Part shown: positions 1 through 12,000 of the stretch, piece by piece
How positions within the stretch are numbered: position 1 is the stretch's first letter
Layout of the letters: every line of letters begins with the position of its first letter
NCBI GenBank assembly: GCA_030390025.1
Contig: JASTWF010000358.1
Coordinates: 124,001 to 188,000, forward strand
Direction of reading: 5' to 3'
Length of the DNA: 64,000 nt
Source of the DNA: Squalus acanthias
Taxonomy: Eukaryota
Position numbers and translations under genes: made by a program
Notes under the pieces: generated by a model
Database searches by the model: none
Told to the model about the DNA's origin: nothing
What the model saw: only the letters and a program-made list of their open reading frames with translations

Positions 1-3000
1 GAGGCAGAGTCCCAGAGAGAGGCAGAGTCCCAGAGAGAGGCAGAGTCCCAGAGAGAGGCAGAGTCCCAGAGAGAGGCAGAGTCCCAGAGAGAGGCAGAGT
101 CCCAGAGAGAGGCAGAGTCCCAGAGAGAGGCAGAGTCCCAGAGAGAGGCAGAGTCCCAGAGAGAGGCAGAGTCCCAGAGAGAGGCAGAGTCCCAGAGAGA
201 GGCAGAGTCCCAGAGAGAGGCAGAGTCCCAGAGAGAGGCAGAGTCCCAGAGAGAGGCAGAGTCCCAGAGAGAGGCAGAGTCCCAGAGAGAGGCAGAGTCC
301 CAGAGAGAGGCAGAGTCCCAGAGAGAGGCAGAGTCCCAGAGAGAGGCAGAGTCCCAGAGAGAGGCAGAGTCCCAGAGAGAGGCAGAGTCCCAGAGAGAGG
401 CAGAGTCCCAGAGAGAGGCAGAGTCCCAGAGAGAGGCAGAGTCCCAGAGAGAGGCAGAGTCCCAGAGAGAGGCAGAGTCCCAGAGAGAGGCAGAGTCCCA
501 GAGAGAGGCAGAGTCCCAGAGAGAGGCAGAGTCCCAGAGAGAGGCAGAGTCCCAGAGAGAGGCAGAGTCCCAGAGAGAGGCAGAGTCCCAGAGAGAGGCA
601 GAGTCCCAGAGAGAGGCAGAGTCCCAGAGAGAGGCAGAGTCCCAGAGAGAGGCAGAGTCCCAGAGAGAGGCAGAGTCCCAGAGAGAGGCAGAGTCCCAGA
701 GAGAGGCAGAGTCCCAGAGAGAGGCAGAGTCCCAGAGAGAGGCAGAGTCCAGAGAGAGGCAGAGTCCCAGAGAGAGGCAGAGTCCCAGAGAGAGGCAGAG
801 TCCCAGAGAGAGGCAGAGTCCCAGAGAGAGGCAGAGTCCCAGAGAGGCAGAGTCCCAGAGAGAGGCAGAGTCCCAGAGAGAGGCAGAGTCCCAGAGAGAG
901 GCAGAGTCCCAGAGAGAGGCAGAGTCCCAGAGAGAGGCAGAGTCCCAGAGAGAGGCAGAGTCCCAGAGAGAGGCAGAGTCCCAGAGAGAGGCAGAGTCCC
1001 AGAGAGAGGCAGAGTCCCAGAGAGAGGCAGAGTCCCAGAGAGAGGCAGAGTCCCAGAAGAGGCAGAGTCCCAGAGAGAGGCAGAGTCCCAGAGAGAGGCA
1101 GAGTCCCAGAGAGAGGCAGAGTCCCAGAGAGAGGCAGAGTCCCAGAGAGAGGCAGAGTCCCAGAGAGAGGCAGAGTCCCAGAGAGAGGCAGAGTCCCAGA
1201 AGAGGCAGAGTCCCAGAGAGAGGCAGAGTCCCAGAGAGAGGCAGAGTCCCAGAAGAGGCAGAGTCCCAGAGAGAGGCAGAGTCCCAGAGAGAGGCAGAGT
1301 CCCAGAGAGAGGCAGAGTCCCAGAGAGAGGCAGAGTCCCAGAGAGAGGCAGAGTCCCAGAGAGAGGCAGAGTCCCAGAGAGAGGCAGAGTCCCAGAGAGA
1401 GGCAGAGTCCCAGAGAGAGGCAGAGTCCCAGAGAGAGGCAGAGTCCCAGAGAGAGGCAGAGTCCCAGAGAGAGGCAGAGTCCCAGAGAGAGGCAGAGTCC
1501 CAGAGAGAGGCTGAGTCCCAGAGAGAGGCAGTGTCCCAGAGGGGAAGAGTCCCTGAGAGAGGCAGGGTCCAGAAAGACAGAATCCCAGAGAGAGGCAGAG
1601 TCCGGAGAGACAGAGACCCAGAGAGAGATGAGAGAGTCCCATAGAGAAGCAGAGTCTCATGGAGAGGCATAGTCCCAGAAAGAGGCTGAGTCCCAGAGAG
1701 AAGCAGAGTCTCAGACCGACAGAGTCCCAGAGACACAGAGTCCCAGAAAGACAGAGTGCCAGACAGAGAGAGAATCCCAGAGAGACAGAGTCTCAGAGAG
1801 AGGCAAAGTCCCTGAAAGAGGCTGAGTCCCAGAGAGAGGCAGTGTCCCGGAGGGGAGGAGTCCTGAGAGAGGCAGGGTCCAAGAAAGACAGAATCCCAGA
1901 GAGAGATTGAGTCCCAGAGAGACAGAGACCCAGAGAGAGAGAGAGAGAGTTCCAGAGAGAAGCAGAGTCTCAGAGAGACAGAGTCCCAGAGAGATAGAGT
2001 ACCAGATGACAGAGTGCCAGACAGAGAGGGAGAGTCCCAGAGAGACAGAGTCTCATAGAGAGGCATAGTCCCAGAAGAGGCTGAGTCCCAGAGAGAGAGA
2101 GAGACCCAGAGAGACCACATTCCCAGAGAGAGAGAGAGTCCCACAGAGAAGCAGAGTCCCAGAGAGATAGAGTCCCAGATAGACAGAGTGCCAGACAGAG
2201 AGAGTATCCAGAGAGAGCAGAGTCCATAGAGAGGCATAGTCCAGAAGAGGGCTGAGTCCAGAGAGAGGCAGTGTCCCAGAGGGGAAGAGTCCCTGAGAGA
2301 GGCAGGGTCCCAGAGAAGACAGAATCCCAGAGAGAGGCAGAGTCCGGAGAGACAGAGACCCAGAGAGGAGAGCAGAGTCCCATAGAGAAGCAGAGTCTCA
2401 TAGAGAGGCATAGTCCCAGAAAGAGGCTGAGTCCAGAGAGAAGGCAGATTCCACAGAGTCCCAGAGACAGGAGTCCCAGATAAGACAGAGTGCCAGACAG
2501 AGAGAGTATCCCAGAGAGACAGAGTCTCAGAGAGAGTCATAGTCCCTGAAAGAGGCTGAGTCCCAGAGTGTGGCAGAGTCCCAGAGAGACAGAATCCCAG
2601 AGAGAGGCAGAGTCGCAGAGAGACAGAGTCTCAGAGAGGAGCAGTGTCCCAGTGAGATAGTGTTCCATAAATAGGCAGAGTCCCAGAGAGACTGAGTCCC
2701 AGAGAGAGGCAGAGTCCCAGAGATACATAGTCGCAGAGAGAGAGTCCCAGATAGACAGAGTGCCAGACAGAGAGATAGTCCCAGAGAGACAGAGTCGCAT
2801 AGAGAGGCATAGTCCCAGAAAGCGGCTGAGTCCCAGAGAGAGAAAGAGTCAAAGAGAGACACATTCCCAGAGAGAGAGAGAAAATCCCAGAGAGACAGAG
2901 TCCCAGAGAGAGGCAGAGTCCCAGAGAGACAGAGTCCCAGAGAGAGGCAGAGTCCCAGATAGACAAAGTCAAGAGAGATGCAGAGTCCCAGAGACAGGCA

Positions 3001-6000
3001 GAGTCCCAGAGAGAGGCAGAGTCCCAGAGAGAGGCAGAGTCCCAGAGAGAGGCAGAGTCCCAGAGAGAGGCAGAGTCCCAGAGAGAGGCAGAGTCCCAGA
3101 GAGAGGCAGAGTCCAGAGAGAGGCAGAGTCCCAGAGAGAGGCAGAGTCCCAGAGAGAGGCAGAGTCCCAGAGAGAGGCAGAGTCCAGAGAGAGGCAGAGT
3201 CCAGAGAGAGGCAGAGTCCCAGAGAGAGGCAGAGTCCCAGAGAGAGGCAGAGTCCCAGAGAGAGGCAGAGTCCCAGAGAGAGGCAGAGTCCCAGAGAGAG
3301 GCAGAGTCCCAGAGAGAGGCAGAGTCCCAGAGAGAGGCAGAGTCCCCAGGAGAGGCAGAGTCCCAGAGAGAGGCAGAGTCCCAGAGAGAGGCAGAGTCCC
3401 AGAGAGAGGCAGAGTCCCAGAGAGAGGCAGAGTCCCAGAGAGAGGCAGAGTCCCAGAGAGAGGCAGAGTCCCAGAGAGAGGCAGAGTCCCAGAGAGAGGC
3501 AGAGTCCCAGAGAGAGGCAGAGTCCCATAGAGAGGCCTAGTCCCAGAAAGAGGCTGAGTCCCAGAGAGAGAGTCCCAGAGAGACACATTCCCAGAGAGAG
3601 AGTCCCAGAGAGATAGAGTCCCAGATAGACAGAGTGCCAGACAGAGAGAGAATCCCAGAGAGACAGAGTCTCATAGAGAGGCATAGTCCCAGAAAGAGGC
3701 TGACTCCCAGAGAGAAGCAGAGTCTCTGACCGACAGAGTCCCAGAGACAGAGAGTCCGAGAAAGACACAGTGCCAGACAGAGAGAGAATCCCAGAGAGAC
3801 AGAGTCTCAGAGAGAGGCATGGTCCCAGAAAGACAGAATCCCAGAGAGAGGCAGAGTCCCAGAGAGACAGAGACCCAGAGAGAGAGAGAGAGAGTCCCAG
3901 AGAGAAGCAGAGTCTCAGAGAGACAGAGACCCAGAGAGATAGAGTCCCAGATAGACAGAGTGCCAGACAGAGAGAGAGTCCCAGAGAGACAGAGTCGCAT
4001 AGAGAGGCATAGTCCCAGAAAGAGGCAGAGTCCCAGAGAGAGCAGAGTCCCAGAGAAGAGGCAGAGTCCAGAGAAGCAGAGTCCCAGAAGAGCAGAGTCC
4101 CAGAGAGAGCAGAGTCCAGAGAGAGGCAGAGTCCCAGAGAGAGGCAGAGTCCCAGAGAGAGGCAGAGTCCAGAGAGAGGCAGAGTCCCAGAGAGAGGCAG
4201 AGTCCCAGAGAGAGGCAGAGTCCCAGAGAGAGGCAGAGTCCCAGAGAGGCAGAGTCCAGAGAGGCAGAGTCCCAGAGAGGCAGAGTCCCAGAGAGAGGCA
4301 GAGTCCCAGAGAGAGCAGAGTCCCAGAGAGAGGCAGAGTCCCAGAAGAGGCAGAGTCCAGAGAGAGCAGAGTCCAGAGAGGCAGAGTCCCAGAGAGAGGC
4401 AGAGTCCCAGAGAGAGGCAGAGTCCAGAGAGAGGCAGAGTCCCAGAGAGAGGCAGAGTCCCAGAGAGAGGCAGAGTCCCAGAGAGAGGCAGAGTCCAGAG
4501 AGAGGCAGAGTCCCAGAGAGAGGCAGAGTCCCAGAGAGAGGCAGTGTCCCAGAGGGGAAGAGTCACTGAGAGAAGCAGGGTCCCAGAAAGACAGAATCCC
4601 AGAGAGAGGCAGAGTCCCAGAGAGACAGAGACCCAGAGAGAGAGAGAGAGAGAGAGAGAGTCCCAGAGAGAAGCAGAGTCTCACAGAGACCGAGTCCCAG
4701 AGAGATATAATCCCAGATAAACAGAGTGCCAGACAGAGAGAGAGTCCCAGAGAGACAGAGTCGCATAGAGAGGCATAGTCCCAGAAATAGGCTGAGTCCC
4801 AGAGAGAGAGAGATTCCCAGAGAGACACATTCCCAGAGAGAGAGAGAGAATACAAGAGAGACATAGTCCCAGAGAGAGGCAGAGTCCAAGATAGACAGAG
4901 TCAAGAGAGATGCAGTGTCCCAGAGAGAGGCATCGTCCCAGAGCGAGGCAGCGTCCCAGAGAGACAGAGACCCACAGAGAGGCAGCATCCCAGAGAGGCA
5001 GAGTCCCAGAGAGAGGGAGAGTCCAAGAGAGACAGAGTCCAGAGAGAGGCAGAGTCCCCAGAGAGAGGCAGAGTCCCAGAGAGAGGCAGAGTCCCCAGAG
5101 TGACAGAGTCCCAAGAGAGGCAGAGTCCCAGGAGAGCAGTGTCCAAGAGGAGGCAGAGTCCCAGAGAGAGGCAGAGTCCCAGAGAGAGGCAGAGTCCCAG
5201 AGTGAGGGCAGAGTCCCAGAGAGAGGCAGAGTCCCAGAGAGAGGCAGAGTCCAGAGAGTACAGAGTCCCAGAGAGAGGCAGAGTCCCAGAGAGAGGCAGA
5301 GTCCCAGAGGAGAGCAGAGTCCCAGAGAGAGGCAGAGTCCGCAGAGAGAGCAGAGTCCCAGAGAGAGGCAGAGTCCCAAGAGAGGCAGAGTCCCAGAGAG
5401 AGGCAGAGTCCCAGAGAGAGGCAGAGTCCCAGGAGAGGGCAGAGTCCCAGAGAGAGGCAGAGTCCCAGAGAGAGGCAGAGTCCCAGAGAGAGGCAGAGTC
5501 CCAGAGAGAGGCAGAGTCCCATAGAGAGGCAGAGTCCCAGAGAGAGGCAGAGTCCCAGAAGAGGCAGAGTCCCAGAGAGACGCAGAGTCTCAGAGAGACA
5601 GATTCCCAGAGAGACAGAGTCCCAGAGAGAGGCAGAGACCCCGAGAGACAGAGTCCAAGAGAGAGGCAGAGTCTCAGAGAGACAGAGTCCCAGAGAGAAG
5701 CAAACTCCCAGAGAGTCAGTGTTGCATAAAGAGGCAGAGTCTCAGAGAGATAACGTCCCAGAAAGAGGCTGACTCCCAGAGAGAGAGAGAGAGATAGTCC
5801 CAGAGAGACAGTGTCCCAGAGAGAGGCAGAGTCCCTGAGAGACAGAGTCCCAGAGAGTGGCAGTGTCCCAGAGAGACAGAGTCGCAGAGAGAAGCAAACT
5901 CCCAGAGAGTCAGTGTTGCATAAAGAGGCAGAGTCTCAGAGAGATAACGTCCCAGAAAGAGGCTGACTCCAGAGAGAGAGAGAGAGATAGTCCCAGATAG

Positions 6001-9000
6001 ACAGAGTCCCATAGAGAGGCAGAGTCCCTGACAGACAGAGTCCCAGAGAGTGGCAGTGTCCCAGAGAGAGGCAGAGTCCCAGAGAGAGGCAGAGTCCCAG
6101 AGAGAGGCAGAGTCCCAGAGAGAGGCAGAGTCCCAGAGAGAGGCAGAGTCCCAGAGAGAGGCAGAGTCCCAGAGAGAGGCAGAGTCCCAGAGAGAGGCAG
6201 AGTCCCAGAGAGAGGCAGAGTCCCAGAGAGAGGCAGAGTCCCAGAGAGAGGCAGAGTCCCAGAGAGAGGCAGAGTCCCAGAGAGAGGCAGAGTCCCAGAG
6301 AGAGGCAGAGTCCCAGAGAGAGGCAGAGTCCCAGAGAGAGGCAGAGTCCCAGAGAGAGGCAGAGTCCCAGAGAGAGGCAGAGTCCCAGAGAGAGGCAGAG
6401 TCCCAGAGAGAGGCAGAGTCCCAGAGAGAGGCAGAGTCCCAGAGAGAGGCAGAGTCCCAGAGAGAGGCAGAGTCCCAGAGAGACAGAGTCCCAGAGAGAG
6501 GCAGAGTCCCAGAGAGAGGCAGAGTCCAGAGAGAGGCAGAGTCCCAGAGAGAGGCAGAGTCCCAGAAAGACAGAGTCCCAGAGAGAGGCAAAGTCCCAGG
6601 GAGAGGCAGAGTCCCAGAAAGAGGCAGAGTCCCAGAGAGACAGAGTCCAAGAGAGAGGCAGAGTCCCAGAGATACAGATTCCCAGAGAGTGGCAGAGTCC
6701 CAGAGAGACAGAGTCGCAGAGAGAGGCAGAGTCCCAGAGAGACAAAGTCCCAGAGAGAGGCATAGTCCCATAGAGACAGAGTCCCAGAGAGATGCAGAGT
6801 CCGAGAGAGACAGAGTCCCAGAGAGAAGCAGAGTCACAGAGAGAGGCTGAGTCCCAGAGAGAGGCAGTGTCCCAGAAAGAGGCTGAGTCCCAGAGAGAGA
6901 GAGAGTCCCAGATGGGAGGAGTCGCTGAGAGAGGCAGGGTCCCAGAAAGACAGAATCCCAGAGAGAGGCAGAGTCCCAGAGAGACTGAGACACAGAGAGA
7001 GAGAGAGAGAGAGTCCCAGAGAGAAGCAGAGTCTCAGAGAGACAGAGTCCCAGAGAGATAGAGTCCCAGATAGACAGAGAGAGAGTCCCAGAGAGACAGA
7101 GTCGCATAGAGAGGCATAGTCCCAGAAAGAGGCTGAGTCCCAGAGAGAGAGAGAGTCCCAGATGGGAGGAGTCGCTGAGAGAGGCAGGGTCCCAGAAAGA
7201 CAGAATCCCAGAGAGAGGCAGAGTCCCAGAGAGACTGAGACACAGAGAGAGAGAGAGAGAGAGTCCCAGAGAGAAGCAGAGTCTCAGAGAGACAGAGTCC
7301 CAGAGAGATAGAGTCCCAGATAGACAGAGTGCCAGACAGAGAGATAGTCCCAGAGAGACAGAGTCGCATAGAGAGGCATAGTCCCAGAAAGCGGCTGAGT
7401 CCCAGAGAGAGAAAGAGTCAAAGAGAGACACATTCCCAGAGAGAGAGAGAAAATCCCAGAGAGACAGAGTCCCAGAGAGAGGCAGAGTCCCAGAGAGACA
7501 GAGTCCCAGAGAGAGGCAGAGTCCCAGATAGACAAAGTCAAGAGAGATGCAGAGTCCCAGAGACAGGCAGAGCCAGAGAGAGGCAGTGTCCCAGAGAGAC
7601 AGAGTCCCAGAGAGTGGCAGAGTCCCAGAGAGAGCAGAGTCGCAAGAGAGGCAGAGTCCCAGAGAGACAAAGTCCCAGAGAGAGGCATAGTCCCATAGAG
7701 ACAGAGTCCCAGAGAGAGGCAGAATCCCAGAGAGACAGAGTCCCAGAGAGAGGCAGAGTCCCAGATAGACAGAGTCAAGAGAGATGCAGGAGTCCCAGAG
7801 AGAGGAAGAGTCCCACAGCGAGGCAGTGTCCCAGAGAGAGGCAGAGTCCAAGAGAGACAGAGTCCCTGAGAGAGGCAGAGTCCAGTGAGACAGATTCCAG
7901 AGAGAGGCAGAGACCCAGAGAGACAGAGACCCAGAGAGACAGAGACACTGAGAGAGTGAGAGAGTCCCAGAGAGAAGCAGAGTCTCAGAGAGACAGAGTC
8001 CCAGTGAGATAGAGTCCCAGATAGACAGAGTGCCCAGACAGAGAGAGAGTCCAGAGAGACAGAATCTCATAGAGAGGCCTAGTCCCAGAAAGAGGCTGAG
8101 TCCCAGAGAGAGAGTCCCAGAGAGACACATCCCAAGAGAGAGTCCCAGAGAGATAGAGTCCCAGATGACAAGGTGCCAGACAGAGAGAGAATCCCAGAGA
8201 GACAGAGTCTCATAGAGAGGCATAGTCCCCAGAAAGAGGCTGACTCCCAGAGAGAAGCAGAGTCTCTGACCGACAGAGTCCCAGAGACAGAGAGTCCGAG
8301 AAAGACAGAGTGCCAGACAGAGAGAGAATCCCAGAGAGACAGAGTCTCAGAGAGAGGCATGGTCCCAGAAAGACAGAATCCAGAGAGAGGCAGAGTCCCA
8401 GAGAGACAGAGACCCAGAGAGAGAGAGAGAGAGTCCCAGAGAGAAGCAGAGTCTCAGAGAGACAGAGACCCAGAGAGATAGAGTCCCAGATAGACAGAGT
8501 GCCAGACAGAGAGAGAGTCCCAGAGAGACAGAGTCGCATAGAGAGGCATAGTCCCAGAAAGAGGCTGAGTCCCAGAGAGAGAGAGAGAGTCCCAGAAAGA
8601 AGCAGAGTCCCAACGATGCACCCAGAGAGAGGCAGAGTCCCATAGAGACATAGTCCCAGAGAGAGGCAGGGTCCGAGAGAGACAGAGTCCCAGAGAGAGG
8701 CAGAGACACAGAGTCAAGAGTCCCAGAGAGAAGCAGAGTCTCAGAGAGACAGAGTCCCAGAGAGAAGCAGAGTCCCAACAATGCACCAGAGAGAGGGAGA
8801 GTCCCATAGAGACATAGTCCCAGAGAGAGGCAGAGTCCCAGAGAGACAGAGTCCAAGAGAGAGGCAGAGTCCCAGAAATACAGATTCCCAGAGAGAGGCA
8901 GAGTGTCAGAGAGGCAGATTCCCAGAGAGACAGAGTCCCAGAGATAGGTAGAGCCAGAGAGAGGCAGAGTCCCAGAGAGACAGAGTCCCAGAGAGTGGCA

Positions 9001-12000
9001 GAGTCCCAGAGAGACAGAGTCGCAGAGAGAGGCAGAGTCCCAGAGAGAGAAAGTCCCAGAGAGAGGCATAGTCCCATAGAGACAGAGTCCCAGAGAGATG
9101 CAGAGTCTGAGAGAGACAGAGTCCCAGAGAGAAGCAGAGTCTCAGAGAGAGGCTGAGTCCCAGAGAGAGGCAGTGTCCCAGAGGGGAAGAGTCACTGAGA
9201 GAAGCAGGGTCCCAGAAAGACAGAATCCCAGAGAGAGGCAGAGTCCCAGAGAGACAGAGACCCAGAGAGAGAGAGAGAGAGAGAGTCCCAGAGAGAAGCA
9301 GAGTCTCACAGAGACCGAGTCCCAGAGAGATATAATCCCAGATAAACAGAGTGCCAGACAGAGAGAGAGTCCCAGAGAGACAGAGTCGCATAGAGAGGCA
9401 TAGTCCCAGAAAGAGGCTGAGTCCCAGAGAGAGAGAGATTCCCAGAGAGACACATTCCCAGAGAGAGAGAGAGAATACAAGAGAGACATAGTCCCAGAGA
9501 GAGGCAGAGTCCCAGATAGACAGAGTCAAGAGAGATGCAGTGTCCCAGAGAGAGGCATCGTCCCAGAGCGAGGCAGCGTCCCAGAGAGACAGAGACCCAC
9601 AGAGAGGCAGCATCCCAGAGAGGCAGAGTCCCAGAGAGAGGGAGAGTCCAAGAGAGACAGAGTCCCTGAGAGAGGCAGAGTCCCAGTGAGACAGAATCCC
9701 AGAGAGAGGCAGAGTCCCAGAGAGACAGACTCCCAGAGAGAGGCAGACTCCCAGAGAGACAGAAACCAGAGACACAGAGTCCAGAGAGATGCAGATTCCG
9801 AGAGAGACAGAGTCACAGGGAGAGGCAGAGTCCCAGAGAGAGGCAGAGTCCCAGAAAGAGCAGAGTCCCAGAGAGACCGGGTCCCAGATAGAGCCAGAGT
9901 CCCATAGAGACAGAGTCCCAGAGAGAGGCAGAGTCCGAGAGAGACAGATTCCCAGAGAGAGACAGCGTCCCAGAGAGACAGAGTGCCAGAGAGAGAAGAG
10001 TCCCACAGAGGCAGAGTCCCAAAAAGTGGCAGAGTCCCAGAGAGAGGCAAAGTCCCATGAGAGGCAGTGTCCCAGAAGAGGCAGAGTCCCAGAGAGAGGC
10101 AGAGTCCCAGAAGAGGCAGAGTCCCAGAGAGAGGCAGAGTCCCAGAGAGAGGCAGAGTCCCAGAGAGAGGCAGAGTCCCAGAAGAGGCAGAGTCCCAGAA
10201 GAGGCAGAGTCCCAGAGAGAGGCAGAGTCCCAGAGAGAGGCAGAGTCCCAGAAGAGGCAGAGTCCCAGAGAGAGGCAGAGTCCCAGAGAGAGGCAGAGTC
10301 CCAGAGAGAGGCAGAGTCCCAGAAGAGGCAGAGTCCCAGAAAGAGGCAGAGTCCCAGAAGAGGCAGAGTCCCAGAAGAGGCAGAGTCCCAGAAGAGGCAG
10401 AGTCCCAGAAAGAGGCAGAGTCCCAGAAGAGGCAGAGTCCCAGAAGAGGCAGAGTCCAGAGAGAGGCAGAGTCCCAGAGAGAGGCAGAGTCCCAGAAGAG
10501 GCAGAGTCCCAGAAGAGGCAGAGTCCCAGAGAGAGGCAGAGTCCCAGAGAGAGGCAGAGTCCCAGAGAGAGGCAGAGTCCCAGAGAGAGAGAGAGAGATA
10601 GTCCCAGATAGACAGAGTCCCATAGAGAGGCAGAGTCCCTGACAGACAGAGTCCCAGAGAGTGGCAGTGTCCCAGAGAGACAGAGTCGCAGAGAGAGGCA
10701 GAGTCCCAGAGAGACAAAGTCCCAGAGAGAGGCATAGTCCCATAGAGACAGAGTCCCAGAGAGATGCAGAGTCCGAGAGAGACAGAGTCCCAGAGAGAAG
10801 CAGAGTCACAGAGAGAGGCTGAGTCCAGGGAGAGGCAGAGTCCCAGAGAGAGAGAGAGAGTCCCAGAAAGAAGCAGAGTCCCAACGATGCACCCAGAGAG
10901 AGGCAGAGTCCCATAGAGACATAGTCCCAGAGAGAGGCAAGGTCCGAGAGGACACCAGAGAGAGGCAGAGACACAGAGACAAGAGTCCCAGAGAGAAGCA
11001 GAGTCTCAGAGAGACAGAGTCCCAGAGAGAAGCAGATTCTCAGACAGACAGAGTCCCAGAGAGAGTGAGATTCCCAGAAAGAGGCAAGAGACCCAGAGAT
11101 ACCGAGTTCCAGAGAGAGGCAGAGTCTGAGAGAGACAGATTCGCAGAGAGACAGATCCCCAAGAGAGGCAGAGTCCCCGAAAGACAGAGTCCCAGAGAGA
11201 GGCAAAGTCCCAGGGAGAGGCAGAGTCCCAGAAAGAGGCAGAGTCCCAGAGAGACAGAGTCCAAGAGAGAGGCAGAGTCCCAGAGATACAGATTCCCAGA
11301 GAGTGGCAGAGTCCCAGAGAGACAGAGTCGCAGAGAGAGGCAGAGTCCCAGAGAGACAAAGTCCCAGAGAGAGGCATAGTCCCATAGAGACAGAGTCCCA
11401 GAGAGATGCAGAGTCCGAGAGAGACAGAGTCCCAGAGAGAAGCAGAGTCACAGAGAGAGGCTGAGTCCCAGAGAGAGGCAGTGTCCCAGAGGGGAAGAGT
11501 CCCTGAGAGAGGCAGGGTCCCAGAAAGACAGAATCCCAGAGAGAGGCAGAGTCCCGGAGAGACAGAGACCCAGAGAGAGATGAGAGAGTCCCATAGAGAA
11601 GCAGAGTCTCATGGAGAGGCATAGTCCCCAGAAAGAGGCTGAGTCCCAGAGAGAAGCAGAGTCTCAGACCGACAGAGTCCCAGAGACACAGAGTCCCAGA
11701 AAGACAGAGTGCCAGACAGAGAGAGAATCCCAGAGAGACAGAGTCTCAGAGAGAGGCAAAGTCCCTGAAAGAGGCTGAGTCCCAGAGAGAGGCAGTGTCC
11801 CGGAGGGGAGGAGTCCCTGAGAGAGGCAGGTCCCAGAAAGACAGAATCCCAGAGAGATTGAGTCCCAGAGAGCAGAGACCCAGAGAGAGGAGAGAGAGTT
11901 CCAGAGAGAAGCTAGAGTCTCAGAGAGACAGAGTCCCAGAGAGAAAGAGTACCAGATAGACAGAGTGCCAGACAGAGAGAGAGTCCCAGAGAGACAGAGT

